Positions 37,093 to 49,600 of a DNA stretch of 63,228 nucleotides are shown in pieces. The translations under genes and the position numbers were made by a program. Position 1 is the stretch's first letter, and each line of letters starts with the position of its first letter. Source of the stretch: Heptranchias perlo. Taxonomy: Eukaryota. The stretch lies in NCBI RefSeq assembly GCF_035084215.1, contig NW_027138261.1:1-63228 (forward strand). The letters run 5' to 3'. The notes under the pieces were generated by a model, which did not search any database, was not told the origin of the DNA, and saw only the letters and a list, made by a program, of their open reading frames with translations.

Positions 37093-40029
37093 ATAAAACC
37101 GGACGAACCACCCGGCATCGGACCACTAGGCACCAGACACGACAACGGCAAAACACCAAGCCCAGTCGACCCTGCAAGTTCCTCCTTACTAACATCTGGG
37201 GACTTGTGCCAAAATTGGGAGAGCTGTCCCACAGACTAGTCAAGCAACAGCCTGACATAGCCATACTCACAGAATCATATCTTTCAGCCAACGTCCCAGA
37301 CTCTTCCATCACCATCCCTGGGTATGTCCTGTCCCACCGGCAGGACAGACCCACCAGAGGTGGCGGTACAGTGATATACAGTCAGGAGGGAGTGGCCCTG
37401 GGAGTCCTCAACATTGACTCTGGACCCCATGAAATCTCATGGCATCAGGTCAAACATGGGCAAGGAAACCTCCTGCTGATTACCACCTACCGCCCTCCCT
37501 CAGCTGATGAATCAGTCCTCCTCCATGTTGAACACCACTTGGAGGAAGCACTGAGGGTAGCAAGAGCACAGAATGTACTCTGGGTGGGGGACTTCAATGT
37601 CCATCACCAAGAGTGGCTCGGTAGCACCACTACTGACCGAGCTGGCCGAGTCCTGAAGGACACAGCTGCTAGACTGGGCCTGCGGCAGGTGGTGAGCGAA
37701 CCAACATGAGGGAAAAACTTACTTGACCTCATCCTCACCAATCTCCCTGTCGCAAATGCATCTGTCCATGACAGTATTGGTAGGAGTGACCACCGCACAG
37801 TCCTCGTGGAGATGAAGACCCGTCTTCGCACTGAGGACACCATCCAACGTGTTGTGTGGCACTACCACCGTGCTAAATGGGATAGATTCAGAACAGATCT
37901 AGCAGCTCAAAATTGGGCATCCATGAGGCGCTGTGGGCCATCAGCAGCAGCAGAATTGTATTCCAGCACAATCTGTAACCTCATGGTCCGGCATATTCCT
38001 CACTCTACCATTACCAACAAGCCAGGGGATCAACCCTGGTTCAATGAGGAGTGTAGAAGAGCATGCCAGGAGCAGCACCAGGCGTACCTAAAAATGAGGT
38101 GCCAACCTGGTGAAGCTGCAACTCAGGACTACATGCATGCTAAACAGCGGAAGCAACATGCTATAGACAGAGCTAAGCAACGGATCAGATCAAAGCTCTG
38201 CAGTCCTGCCACATCCAGTCATGAATGGTGGTGGACAATTAAACAACTAACGGGAGGAGGAGGCTCTGCAAACATCCCCATTCTCAATGATGGCGGAGTC
38301 CAGCACGTGCGTGCAAAAGACAAGGCTGAAGCGTTTGCAACCATCTTCAGCCAGAAGTGCCAAGTGGATGATCCATCTCAGCCTCCTCCCGATATCCCCA
38401 CCATCACAGAAGCCAGTCTTCGGCCAATTCGATTCACTCCACGTGATATCAAGAAACGGCTGAGTGCACTGGATACAGCAAAGGCTATGGGCCCCGACAA
38501 CATCCCAGCTGTAGTGCTGAAGACTTGTGCTCCAGAACTAGCTGCGCCTCTCGCCAAGCTGTTCCAGTACAGCTACAACACTGGCATCTACCCGACAATG
38601 TGGAAAATTGCCCAGGTATGTCCTGTCCACAAAAAGCAGGACAAATCCAATCTGGCCAATTACCGCCCCATCAGTCTACTCTCAATCATCAGCAAAGTGA
38701 TGGAAGGTGTCGTCGACAGTGCTATCAAGCGGCACTTACTCACCAATAACCTGCTCACTGATGCTCAGTTTGGGTTCCGCCAGGACCACTCGGCTCCAGA
38801 CCTCATTACAGCCTTGGTCCAAACATGGACAAAAGAGCTGAATTCCAGAGGTGAGGTGAGAGTGACTGCCCTTGACATCAAGGCAGCATTTGACCGAGTG
38901 TGGCACCAAGGAGCCCTAGTAAAATTGAAGTCCATGGGAATCAGGGGGAAAACTCTCCAGTGGCTGGAGTCATACCGAGCACAAAGGAAGATGGTAGTGG
39001 TTGTTGGAGGCCAATCATCTCCGCCCCAGGACATTGCTGCAGGAGTTCCTCAGGGCAGTGTCCTAGGCCCAACCATCTTCAGCTGCTTCATCAATGACCT
39101 TCCCTCCATCATAAGGTCAGAAATGGGGATGTTCGCTGATGACTGCAGAGTGTTCAGTTCCATTCGCAACCCCTCAGATAATGAAGCAGTCCGAGCCCGC
39201 ATGCAGCAAGACCTGGACAACATCCAGGCTCGGGCTCATAAGTGGCAAGTAACATTCACGCCAGGCATTGACCATCTCCAACAAGAGAGAGTCTAACCAC
39301 CTCCCCTTGACATTCAACGGCATTACCATCGCCGAATCCCCCACCATCAACATCCTATGGGTCACCATTGACCAGAAACTTAACTGGACCAGCCATGTAA
39401 ATACTGTGGCTACAAGAGCAGGTCAGAGGCTGGGTATTCTGCGGCGAGTGACTCACCTCCTGACTCCCCAAAGCCTTTCCACCATCTACAAGGCACAAGT
39501 CAGGAGTGTGATGGAATACTCTCCACTTGCCTGGATGAGTGCAGCTCCAACAACACTCAAGAAGCTCGACACCATCCAGGGCAAAGCAGCCCCGCTCGAT
39601 CGGCACCCTAAACATTCACTCCCTTCACCACCGGCGCACCGCGGCCGCAGTGTGGACCATCCACAGGATGCACTGCAGCAACTCGCCAAGGCTTCTTCGA
39701 CAGCACCTCCCAAACCCGCGACCTCTCCCACCTAGAAGGACGAGGGCAGCGGGCACATGGGGACAACCCCCACCCGCACGTTCCCCTCCGAGTCGCACAC
39801 CGTCCTGACTTGGAAATATATCGGCCGTTCCCTCATCGTCGCTGGGTCAAAATCCTGGAGCTCCCTTCCCAACGGCACTGTGGGAGAACCGTCACCACAC
39901 GGACTGCAGCGGTTCAAGAAGGCGGCTCACCACCACCTTCTCAAGGGGCGATGAGGGATGGGCAATAAATGCCGGCCTGGCCAGCGACGCCCGCATCCCA
40001 CGAACGAATAAAAAAAAAAAAAAAAAAAA
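37093..40029 (+). mobile_element. Non-LTR retrotransposon (CR1/L2/Jockey-group LINE), near-complete ORF2 (APE endonuclease + RT), inactivated, poly(A) tail
   Basis: APE motifs TNIWGL, LTES, GDFN, LDLIL, SDH. RT motifs YRPISLL, QFGFR, LDIKAAFDRVWH, GVPQGSVLGP, FADD. In-frame TGA at 37707-37709, frameshift near 39265, A-tail of about 20 nt at 40010-40029. Confidence 0.93.
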
Positions 40030-41770
40030 TTCTGGTCTCCAGATACCTTGGTTAGACCACACTACGAGCACTGTTCACAGTTCTGGTCTCCATATACCTG
40101 GGTTCGACCACACTTGGAGCACTGTGCGCAGTTCTGGTCTCCATATACCTTGGTTAGACCACACTCGGAGCACTGTGCGCAGTTCTGGTCTCCATATACC
40201 TGGGTTAGACCACACTTGGAGCACTGTGCGCAGTTCTGGTCTCCATATACCTTGGTTAGACCACACTCGGAGCACTGTGCGCAGTTCTGGTCTCCATATA
40301 CCTGGGTTAGACCACACTCGGAGCACTGTGCGCAGTTCTGGTCTCCATATACCTGGGTTAGACCACACTCGGAGCACTGTGCGCAGTTCTGGTCTCCATA
40401 TACCTTGGTTAGACCACACTCGGAGCACTGTGCACAGTTCTGGTCTCCATATACCTTGGTTAGACCACACTTGGAGCACTGTGCACAGTTCTGGTCTCCA
40501 TATACCTTGGTTAGACCACACTACGAGCACTGTTCACAGTTCTGGTCTACATATACCTGGGATCGACCACACTTGGAGCACTGTGCGCAGTTCTGGTCTC
40601 CATATACCTTGGTTAGACCACACTCGGAGCACTGTGCGCAGTTCTGGTCTCCATATACCTGGGTTAGACCACACTTGGAGCACTGTGCGCAGTTCTGGTC
40701 TCCATATACCTTGGTTAGACCACACTCGGAGCACTGTGCGCAGTTCTGGTCTCCATATACCTGGGTTAGACCACACTCGGAGCACTGTGCGCAGTTCTGG
40801 TCTCCATATACCTGGGTTAGACCACACTCGGAGCACTGTGCGCAGTTCTGGTCTCCATATACCTTGGTTAGACCACACTCGGAGCACTGTGCACAGTTCT
40901 GGTCTCCATATACCTTGGTTAGACCACACTTGGAGCACTGTGCACAGTTCTGGTCTCCATATACCTTGGTTAGACCACACTTGGAGCACTGTGCACAGTT
41001 CTGGTCTCCATATACCTGGGTTAGACCACACTTGGAGCACTGTGCACAGTTCTGGTCTCCATATACCTTGGTTAGACCACACTTGGAGCACTGTGCACAG
41101 TTCTGGTCTCCATATACCTGGGTTAGACCACACTTGGAGCACTGTGCACAGTTCTGGTCTCCATATACCTTGGTTAGACCACACTTGGAGCACTGTGCAC
41201 AGTTCTGGTCTCCATATACCTTGGTTAGACCACACTTGGAGCACTGTGCACAGTTCTGGTCTCCATATTATAAAAAAGATATAGAGGCATTGGAGAAGGT
41301 GCAAAGAAAGATTTACAAGGATGACACCACAACTGAGAGGTTTCTAACTATCAGGAAAGACTGAACAGACTGGGGCTCTTTTCTAGAAAAGAGAAGACTG
41401 AGGGGTGACCTGATGGAGGTCTTTAAGATTATGAAAGGTTTCGATAGGGTAGACGTAGAGAAGATGTCTCCACTTGTGGGGGAGACCAGAACTAGGGGGG
41501 GGGGCATAAATATAAGAGAGTCACTAATAAATCCAATCGGGGAATTCAGGAGAAACTTCTTTCCCCAGAGAGCGGTGAGAATGTGGAACTCGCTCCCACA
41601 AGGAGTAGTCGAGGGGAATAGTGGAGATGGATTTAAGGGGGGGGAAGCTGGATAGACACATGAGGGAGAAAGGAATGGAAGGAGAGGGGGAGATGGAGGA
41701 GGGAGGGAGGGAGGAGGCTCGTGTGGAGCATGAGCACCAGCATGGAGCATGATGGGCCGAACGGCCTGTT
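40030..41770 (+). mobile_element. 51-bp array (~24 units, to ~41268) running into CR1 3' end
   Basis: Array then [13 protein letters not shown]...MEVFKIMKGFDRVD...FFPQRAVRMWNSLP. Confidence 0.92.
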
Positions 41771-41885
41771 TATGGGGCTGCAGAGGGACCTGACTCCTGG
41801 ACCTTGTGACTCAAAGGCACGTTTCTCCATCGGGGCCCACCGTCTCTCATTGCTTGAATTAATCTGTCGAGGGATGTTTGGAGAC

Positions 41886-41948
41886 GCACTGCCACTGGAG
41901 CACTGCCACTGGAGCACTGCCACTGGAGCACTGCCACTGGAGCACTGC
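41886..41948 (+). repeat. 14-bp tandem repeat (GCACTGCCACTGGA) x ~4.5
   Basis: Directly visible. Confidence 0.9.
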
Positions 41949-42104
41949 GGAGAGTTGGAGTTTTATAAACTTACTGATCCATTTAACATTTCCCCGTAAC
42001 TCAAGCCAATAAAAGGAGTTCGATGCAGTGGCGATGACTGGGCAGCAGCTGGCAATGTTGCTTCAAAATTGCTCGCTCTCCATCTCCAACACAACGCTCC
42101 CTCA

Positions 42105-44495
42105 TTATCTCTCTCTCTCTCAGCTTTATCCCCTCTCTCTTTATCTCCCTCCGGCTCTGTGTACTTATTTTACCCTCTACCTCTGCCTCCCTTTCGTTCC
42201 CCTCTCTCTCTATGTTAACTTTCATATTCTGACTCTCTCTCTCTGCTCTATCCTCTCTCTTTATCTCCCTCCCGCTCTGTGCCCTTATTTTACCCTCTAA
42301 ATCTGTCTCCCTTTCGTTCCCCTCTCTCTCTATGTTAACTTTCATATTCTGACTCTCTCTCTCTGCTCTATCCTCTCTCTTTATCTCCCTCCCGCTCTGT
42401 GCCCTTATTTTACCCTCTAAATCTGTCTCCCTTTCGTTCCCCTCTTTCTCTATGTTAACTTTCATATTCTGACTCTCTCTCTCTGCTCTATCCTCTCTCT
42501 TTATCTCCCTCCCGCTCTGTGTACTTATTTTACCCTCTACCTCTGCCTCCCTGTCGTTCCCCTCTCTCTCTATGTTAACTTTCATATTCTGACTCTCTCT
42601 CTCTGCTCTATCCTCTCTCTTTATCTCCCTCCCGCTCTGTGCCCTTATTTTACCCTCTAAATCTGTCTCCCTTTCATTCCCCTCTTTCTCTATGTTAACT
42701 TTCATATTCTGACTCTCTCTCTCTCTGCTTTATCCTCTCTCTTTATCTCCCTCCTGCTCTGTGCCCTTATTTTATCCTCTACCTCTGCCTCCCTTTCGTT
42801 CCCCTCTTTCTCTATGTTAATTTTCATATTCTATCTCTCTCTCTCTGCTTTATCCCCTCTCTCTCTATCTCCCTCTGGCTCTGTGCCCTTATTTTATCCT
42901 CTACCTCTGCCTCCCTTTCGTTCCCCTCTTTCTCTATGTTAATTTTCATATTCTATCTCTCTCTCTCTGCTTTATCCCCTCTCTCTCTATCTCCCTCTGG
43001 CTCTGTGCCCTTATTTTATCCTCTACCTCTGCCTCCCTTTCGTTCCCCTCTTTCTCTATGTTAATTTTCATATTCTATCTCTCTCTCTCTGCTTTACCCC
43101 CTCTCTCTTTATCTCCCTCCCGCTCTGTGTCCTTATTTTGCCCTCTACCTCTGCCTCCCTTTCATTCCCCTCTTTCTCTATGTTAACTTTCATATTCTGA
43201 CTCTCTCTCTCTGCTTTATCCTCTCTCTTTATCTCCCTCCTGCTCTGTGCCCTTATTTTACCCTCTACCTCTGCCTCCCTTTCGTTCCCCTCTTTCTCTA
43301 TGTTAATTTTCATATTCTCTCTCTCTCTGTGCTTTATCCCCTCTCCCTTTATCTCCCTCCTGCTCTGTGCCCTTATTTTGCCCTCTACCTCTGCCTCCAT
43401 TTCTCGTTCAGCCTATTTCTCCACTTTAACTTTCATATTATCTCTCTCTCTCTCAGCTTTTTATTCCCTCTCTCTTTATCTCCCTCTGGCTCTGTGCCTT
43501 TATTTTACCCTCTATCTCTGCCTCCCTTTCTCGTTCCCCTTTTTCTCCACATTAACTTTCATATTATCTCTCTCTCTCTCTCTGCTTTTTACTCCCTCTC
43601 TCTTTATCTCCCTCCTGCTCTGTGCCCTTATTTTGCCCTCTACCTCTGCCTCCCTTTCGTTCACCTCTTTCTCTCTGTTAACAATCATATTCTGTCTCTC
43701 TATCTCTGCTTTATCCCCTCTCTATCTCCCTCTGGCTCTGTGTCCTTATTTTACCCTCTACCTCTGTCTCCCTTTCGTTCCTCTCTTTCTCTAAATTAAT
43801 AATCATATTCTGTCTCTCTCTCTCTCTGCTTTATCCCCTCTCTATCTCCCTCTGGCTCTGTGCCCTTATTTTACCCTCTACCTCTGCCTCCCTTTCGTTC
43901 CTCTCTTTCTCTAAATTAATAATCATATTCTGTCTCTCTCTCTCTCTGCTTTATCCCCTCTCTATCTCCCTCTGGCTCTGTGCCCTTATTTTACCCTCTA
44001 CCTCTGCCTCCCTTTCGTTCCCCTCTTTCTCTATGTTAACTTTCATATTCTGTCTCTCTCTCTCTCTGCTTTATCCCCTCTCTCTTTATCTCCCTCTGGC
44101 TCCGTGTCCTTATTTTACCCTCTACCTCTGTCTCCCTTTCGTTCCTTTCTTTCTCTAAATTAACAATCATATTCTGTCTCTCTCTCTCTCTGCTTTATCC
44201 CCTCTCTCTTTATCTCCCTCCCGCTCTGTGCCCTTATTTTACCCTCTACCTCTGCCTCCCTTTCGTTCCCTTCTTTCTCTGTTTTAACTTTCATATTCCG
44301 TCTCTCTCTCTCTCTCTCTCTCTGCTTTATCCCCTCTCTCTTTATCTCCCTCTGGCTCCGTGTCCTTATTTTACCCTCTACCTCTGCCTCCCTTTCTTTC
44401 CCCTCTTTCTCTATGTTAACTTTCAAATTCTGTCTCTCTCTCTCTCTCTGCTTTATCTCCCTCCGGCTCCGTGTCCTTATTTTAACCTCTACCTC
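42105..44495. repeat. ~120-bp CT-rich minisatellite (~20 units)
   Basis: Lines 42241, 42361, 42481 and 42601 repeat at 120-bp period. Confidence 0.92.
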
Positions 44496-44519
44496 GTTCT
44501 CCCCTTTCCTTCCCCTCTT

Positions 44520-44735
44520 GAAACCTCCTCCAGCCCCGACAACCCTCCGAGATCTCTGCCCTCCTCCGATTCTGGCCTCTCGCGCATCCCCGCCCCCCCC
44601 CCGATTCCCATCGCTCCACCATTGGCGGCCGTGCATTCAGCTGCCTGGGCCCTAAGCTCTTGAATTCCCTCCCTAAACCTCTCCGCCTCTCTCTCTCTCC
44701 TCCTTTAAGACGCCTCTTAAAACCTCCCTCTTTGA
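44520..44735 (+). mobile_element. L2-type LINE 3' fragment
   Basis: IGGRAFSCLGPKL*NSLPKPLRLS...FKTPLKTSLF remnant. Confidence 0.65.
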
Positions 44736-44744
44736 AAAGAGTTG

Positions 44745-45722
44745 AGGGTCCCTGCCTCTACCACCAATTCGGGCCGCGAATTCCACACACCCACCGCCCT
44801 CTGGGCAAAAAAGTTTTTCCTCATGTCCCCTCTAATCCTTCAGCCAATCGGCTTAAATCTGTGTCCTCTAGTTCTTGAACTCTCCGCTAGGGGAGACAGG
44901 TACTTCCTGTCTACTCTATCTGGGCCCCTCCTAATTTTGTACGCCGCAATCAAGTCCCTCCTCAGCCTCCTCTGCTCCAAAGGAAAACAACCCCAGCCGA
45001 TCCAATCTCTCCTCGTAGCTGCAATTTTCAGCATTCTTGCAAATCTTCTCTGCGCTCTCTCCGGAGCAATGACGTCCTTCCGTGTAATGTGGTGAAGGTT
45101 CTCCCACAGTGCCGTTGGGAAGGGAGTTCCAGGATTTTGACCCAGCGACGATGAAGGAACGGCCGATATATTTCCAAGTCGGGACGGTGTGTGACTCGGA
45201 GGGGAACGTGCGGGTGGGGGTTGTCCCCATGCGCCCGCTGCCCTGGTCCTTCTAGGTGGTAGAGGTCGCGGGTTTGGGAGGTGCTGTCGAAGAAGCCTTG
45301 GCGAGTTGCCTGCAGGGCATCCTGTGGATGGTGCACACTGCGGCCGCGGTGGGCCGGTGGTGAAGGGAGTGAATGTTTAGGGTGCCGATCGAGCGGGGCT
45401 GCTTTGCCCTGGATGGTGTCGAGCTTCTCGAGTGTTGTTGGGAGCTGCACTCGTCCAGGCAAGTGGAGAGTATTCCATCACACTCCTGACTTGTGCCTTG
45501 TAGACGGTGGAAAGGCTTTGGGGAGTCAGGAGGTGAGTCACTCGCCGCAGAATACCCAGCCTCTGACCTGCTCTCGTAGCCACAGTATTTATATGGCTGG
45601 TCCAGTTAGGTTTCTGGTCAATGGAGACCCCCAGGATGTTGATGGTGGGGGATTCGGCGATGGTAATGCCGTTGAATGTCAAGGGGAGGTGGTTAGACTC
45701 CCTCTCTTGTTGGAGATGGTCA
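44745..45722 (-). mobile_element. Chimera: LINE fragment (~45088-45722) fused to CR1 3' fragment (~44745-45095)
   Basis: The minus strand switches from ...GEPSPH (LINE) to HY-RKDVIA...CSYEERLDRLGLFS (CR1). Confidence 0.8.
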
Positions 45723-46051
45723 GCGACTGGTGTGCAAGGACACCCAGGTCTCGTTGCACCTCCCCGTTTCCCAATCTCTCACCATTCAGATAACAATCCG
45801 CCTTTCTGCTTTTACAACCAAAGTGGAAAACCTCGCATTTATCCATCGCATGACGCATCAGCCATGTTCTGGCCCGCGACCGACTGGGAGCCTTGGGAAG
45901 CTTTTGGACCGGAGAGGACTCCGCCGTTTAACTCCGTGAACGCTGCTCGCAAGACGGTCAAAGATGCCTGCATCCTCCGAATGAGTGCCAGGGAAAAGCT
46001 TTGGATATTTTCTCCTGTCTTGTGGTGATCGGCAATCTTTTCTCCCTCTAC

Positions 46052-46648
46052 GTCGGAGGGTCAGTACCGAGGGAGCGCCGCACTGTGGGAGGGTCGGTAC
46101 TGAGGGAGCGCCGCACTGTCGGAGGGTCGGTACTGAGGGAGCGCCGCACTGTCGGAGGGTCAGTACTGAGGGAGCGCCGCACTGTCGGAGGGTCGGTACT
46201 GAGGGAGCGCCGCACTGTCGGAGGGTCAGTACTGAGGGAGCGCCGCACTGTCGGAGGGTCAGTACTGAGGGAGGGCCGCACTGTCGGAGGGTCGGTACTG
46301 AGGGAGCGCCGCACTGTCGGAGGGTCGGTACTGAGGGAGCGCCGCACTGTCGGAGGGTCGGTACTGAGGGAGCGCCGCACTGTCGGAGGGTCGGTACTGA
46401 GGGAGCGCCGCACTGTCGGAGGGTCAGTACTGAGGGAGCGCCGCACTGTCGGAGGGTCGGTACTGAGGGAGCGCCGCACTGTCGGAGGGTCGGTACTGAG
46501 GGAGGGCCGCACTGTCGGAGGGTCAGTACTGAGGGAGAGCCGCACTGTCGGAGGGTCGGTACTGAGGGAGCGCCGCACTGTCGGAGGGTCAGTACTGAGG
46601 GAGAGCCGCACTGTCGGAGGGTCGGTACTGAGGGAGCCCCGCACTGTC
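46052..46648 (+). repeat. 33-bp Deu-SINE-derived minisatellite (~18 units) without SINE body
   Basis: Same unit as 9721-10245. Confidence 0.9.
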
Positions 46649-49600
46649 GTCTCTCTCGCCCTCTCTCTCTTTCTTTCCTCCTCCATCTCTCTCGTTCTCT
46701 CTCTCTTTCTTTCCTCCTCCATCTCTCTCGTTCTCTCTCTCTTTCTTTCCTCCTCCATCTCTCTCGTCCTCTCTCTCTTTCTTCCCTCCTCCATCTCTCT
46801 CGTCCTCTCTCTCTTTCTCTCCGCCTCCATCTCTCTCGTCCTCTCTCTCTCACTTTCCTCCTCCATCTCTCTCATCCTCTCTCTCTTTCTTCCCTCCTCC
46901 ATCTCTCTCGTTCTCTCTCTCTCTCTTCCCTCCATCTCTCTCGTCCTCTCTCTCTCTCCCCTCCTCCATCTCTCTCGTCCTCTCTCTCTTTCTTCCCTCC
47001 TCCATCTCTCTCGTCCTCTCTCTCTTTCTTTCCTCCTCCATCTCTCTTGTCCTCTCTCTCTTTCTTTCCTCCTCCATCTCTCTCGTCCTCTCTCTCTTTC
47101 TTCCCTCCTCCATCTCTCTCGTCCTCTCTCTCTCTTTCTTCCCTCCTCCATCTCTCTCGTCCTCTCTCTTTCTTCCCTCCTCCATCTCTCTCGTCCTCTC
47201 TCGCTTTCTTTCCTCCTCCATCTCTCTCGTCCTCTCTCTCTCTTTCTTCCCTCCTCCATCTCTCTCGTCCTCTCTCTCTTTCTTCCCTCCTCCATCTCTC
47301 TCGTCCTCTCTCTCTCTTTCTTTCCTCCTCCATCTCTCTCCTCCTCTCTCTCTTTCTTCCCTCCTCCATCTCTCTCGTCCTCTCTCTCTTTCTTCCCTCC
47401 TCCATCTCTCTCGTCCTCTCTCTCTCTTTCTTCCCTCCTCCATCTCTCTCCTCCTCTCTCTCTTTCTTCCCTCCTCCATCTCTCTCGTCCTCTCTCTCTT
47501 TCTTTCCTCCTCCATCTCTCTCGACCTCTCTCTCTTTCTTCCCTTCTCCATCTCTCTCGTCCTCTCTCTCTTTCTTCCCTCCTCCATCTCTCCCGTCCTC
47601 TCTCTCTCTTTCTTTCCTCCTCCATCTCTCTCGTCCTCTCTCTCTCTCCCCTCCTCCATCTCTCTCATCCTCTCTCTCTTTCTTCCCTCCTCCATCTCTC
47701 TCATCCTCTCTCTCTTTCTTCCCTCCTCCGTCTCTCTCGTCCTCTCTCTCTCTTTCTTTCCTCCTCCATCTCTCTCGTCCTCTCTCTCTTTCTTCCCTCC
47801 TCCATCTCTCTCGTCCTCTCTCTCTTTCTTCCCTCCTCCATCTCTCTCGTCCTCTCTCTCTTTCTTCCCTCCTCCGTCTCTCTCGTCCTCTCTCTCTTTC
47901 TTCCCTCCTCCATCTCTCTCGTCCTCTCTCTCTTTCTGTCCTCCTCCATCTCTCTCGTCCTCTCTCTCTCTCTTTCCTCCTCCATCTCTCTCGTCCTCTC
48001 TCTCTTTCTTCCCTCCTCCGTCTCTCTCGTCCTCTCTCTCTCTCTCCCCTCCTCCATCTCTCTCGTCCTCTCTCTCTTTCTTCCCTCCTCCATCTCTCTT
48101 GTCCTCTCTCTCTTTCTTCCCTCCTCCATCTCTCTCGTCCTCTCTCTCTTTCTTCCCTCCTCCATCTCTCTCGTCCTCTCTCTCTTTCTTTCCCCCTCCA
48201 TCTCTCTCGTCCTCTCTCTCTTTCTTCCCTCCTCCATCTCTCTCGTCCTCTCTCTCTTTCTTCCTCCTCCATCTCTCTCGACCTCTCTCTCTTTCTTCCC
48301 TCCTCCATCTCTCTCGTCCTCTCTCTCTTTCTTCCCTCCTCCATCTCTCTCGTCCTCTCTCTCTCTTTCTCTCCTCCTCCATCTCTCTCGTCCTCTCTCT
48401 CTTTCTTCCCTCCTCCATCTCTCTCGTCCTCTCTCTCTTTCTTCCCTCCTCCATCTCTCTCGTCCTCTCTCTCTTCTTCCCTCCTCCATCTCTCTCGTCC
48501 TCTCTCTCTTTCTTCCCTCCTCCATCTCTCTCCGTCCTCTCTCTCTCTCTTCCCTCCTCCATCTCTCTCGTCCTCTCTCTCTTCCTTCCCTCCTCCATCT
48601 CTCTCGTCCTCTCTCTCTTTCTTCCCTCCTCCATCTCTCTCGTCCTCTCTCTCTTTCTTCCCTCCTCCATCTCTCTCGTCCTCTCTCTCTTTCTTCCCTC
48701 CTCCATCTCTCTCGTCCTCTCTCTCTCTCTTCCCTCCTCCATCTCTCTCGTCCTCTCTCTCTTTCTTCCTCCTCCATCTCTCTCGTCCTCTCTCTCTCTT
48801 TCTTCCCTCCTCCATCTCTCTCGTCCTCTCTCTCTTTCTTCCCTCCTCCATCTCTCTCGTCCTCTCTCTCATTCTTCCTCCTCCATCTCTCTCGTCCTCT
48901 CTCTCTTTCTTCCCTCCTCCATCTCTCTCGTCCTCTCTCTCTTTCTTCCCTCCTCCATCTCTCTCGTCCTCTCTCTCTTTCTTCCCTCCTCCATCTCTCT
49001 CGTCCTCTCTCTCTCTCTTCCCTCCTCCATCTCTCTCGTCCTCTCTCTCTCTCTTCCCTCCTCCATCTCTCTCGTCCTCTCTCTCTTTCTTCCCTCCTCC
49101 ATCTCTCTCGTCCTCTCTCTCTTTCTTCCCTCCTCCATCTCTCTCGTCCTCTCTCTCATTCTTCCCTCCTCCATCTCTCTCGTCCTCTCTCTCTTTCTTC
49201 CTCCTCCATCTCTCTCGTCCTCTCTCTCTTTCTTCCCTCCTCCATCTCTCTCGTCCTCTCTCTCTTTCTTCCCTCCTCCATCTCTCTCGTCCTCTCTCTC
49301 TTTCTTCCCTCCTCCATCTCTCTCGTCCTCTCTCTCTTCTTCCCTCCTCCATCTCTCTCGTCCTCTATCTCTTTCTTTCCTCCTCCATCTCTCTCGTCCT
49401 CTCTCTCTTTCTTCCCTCCTCCATCTCTCTCGTCCTCTCTCTCTTTCTTCCCTCCTCCATCTCTCTCGTCCTCTCTCTCTCTCTTCCCTCCTCCATCTCT
49501 CTCGTCCTCTCTCTCTTTCTTCCCTCCTCCATCTCTCTCCTCCTCTCTCGCTTTCTTCCTCCTCCATCTCTCTCGTCCTCTCTCTCTTTCTTCCCTCCTC

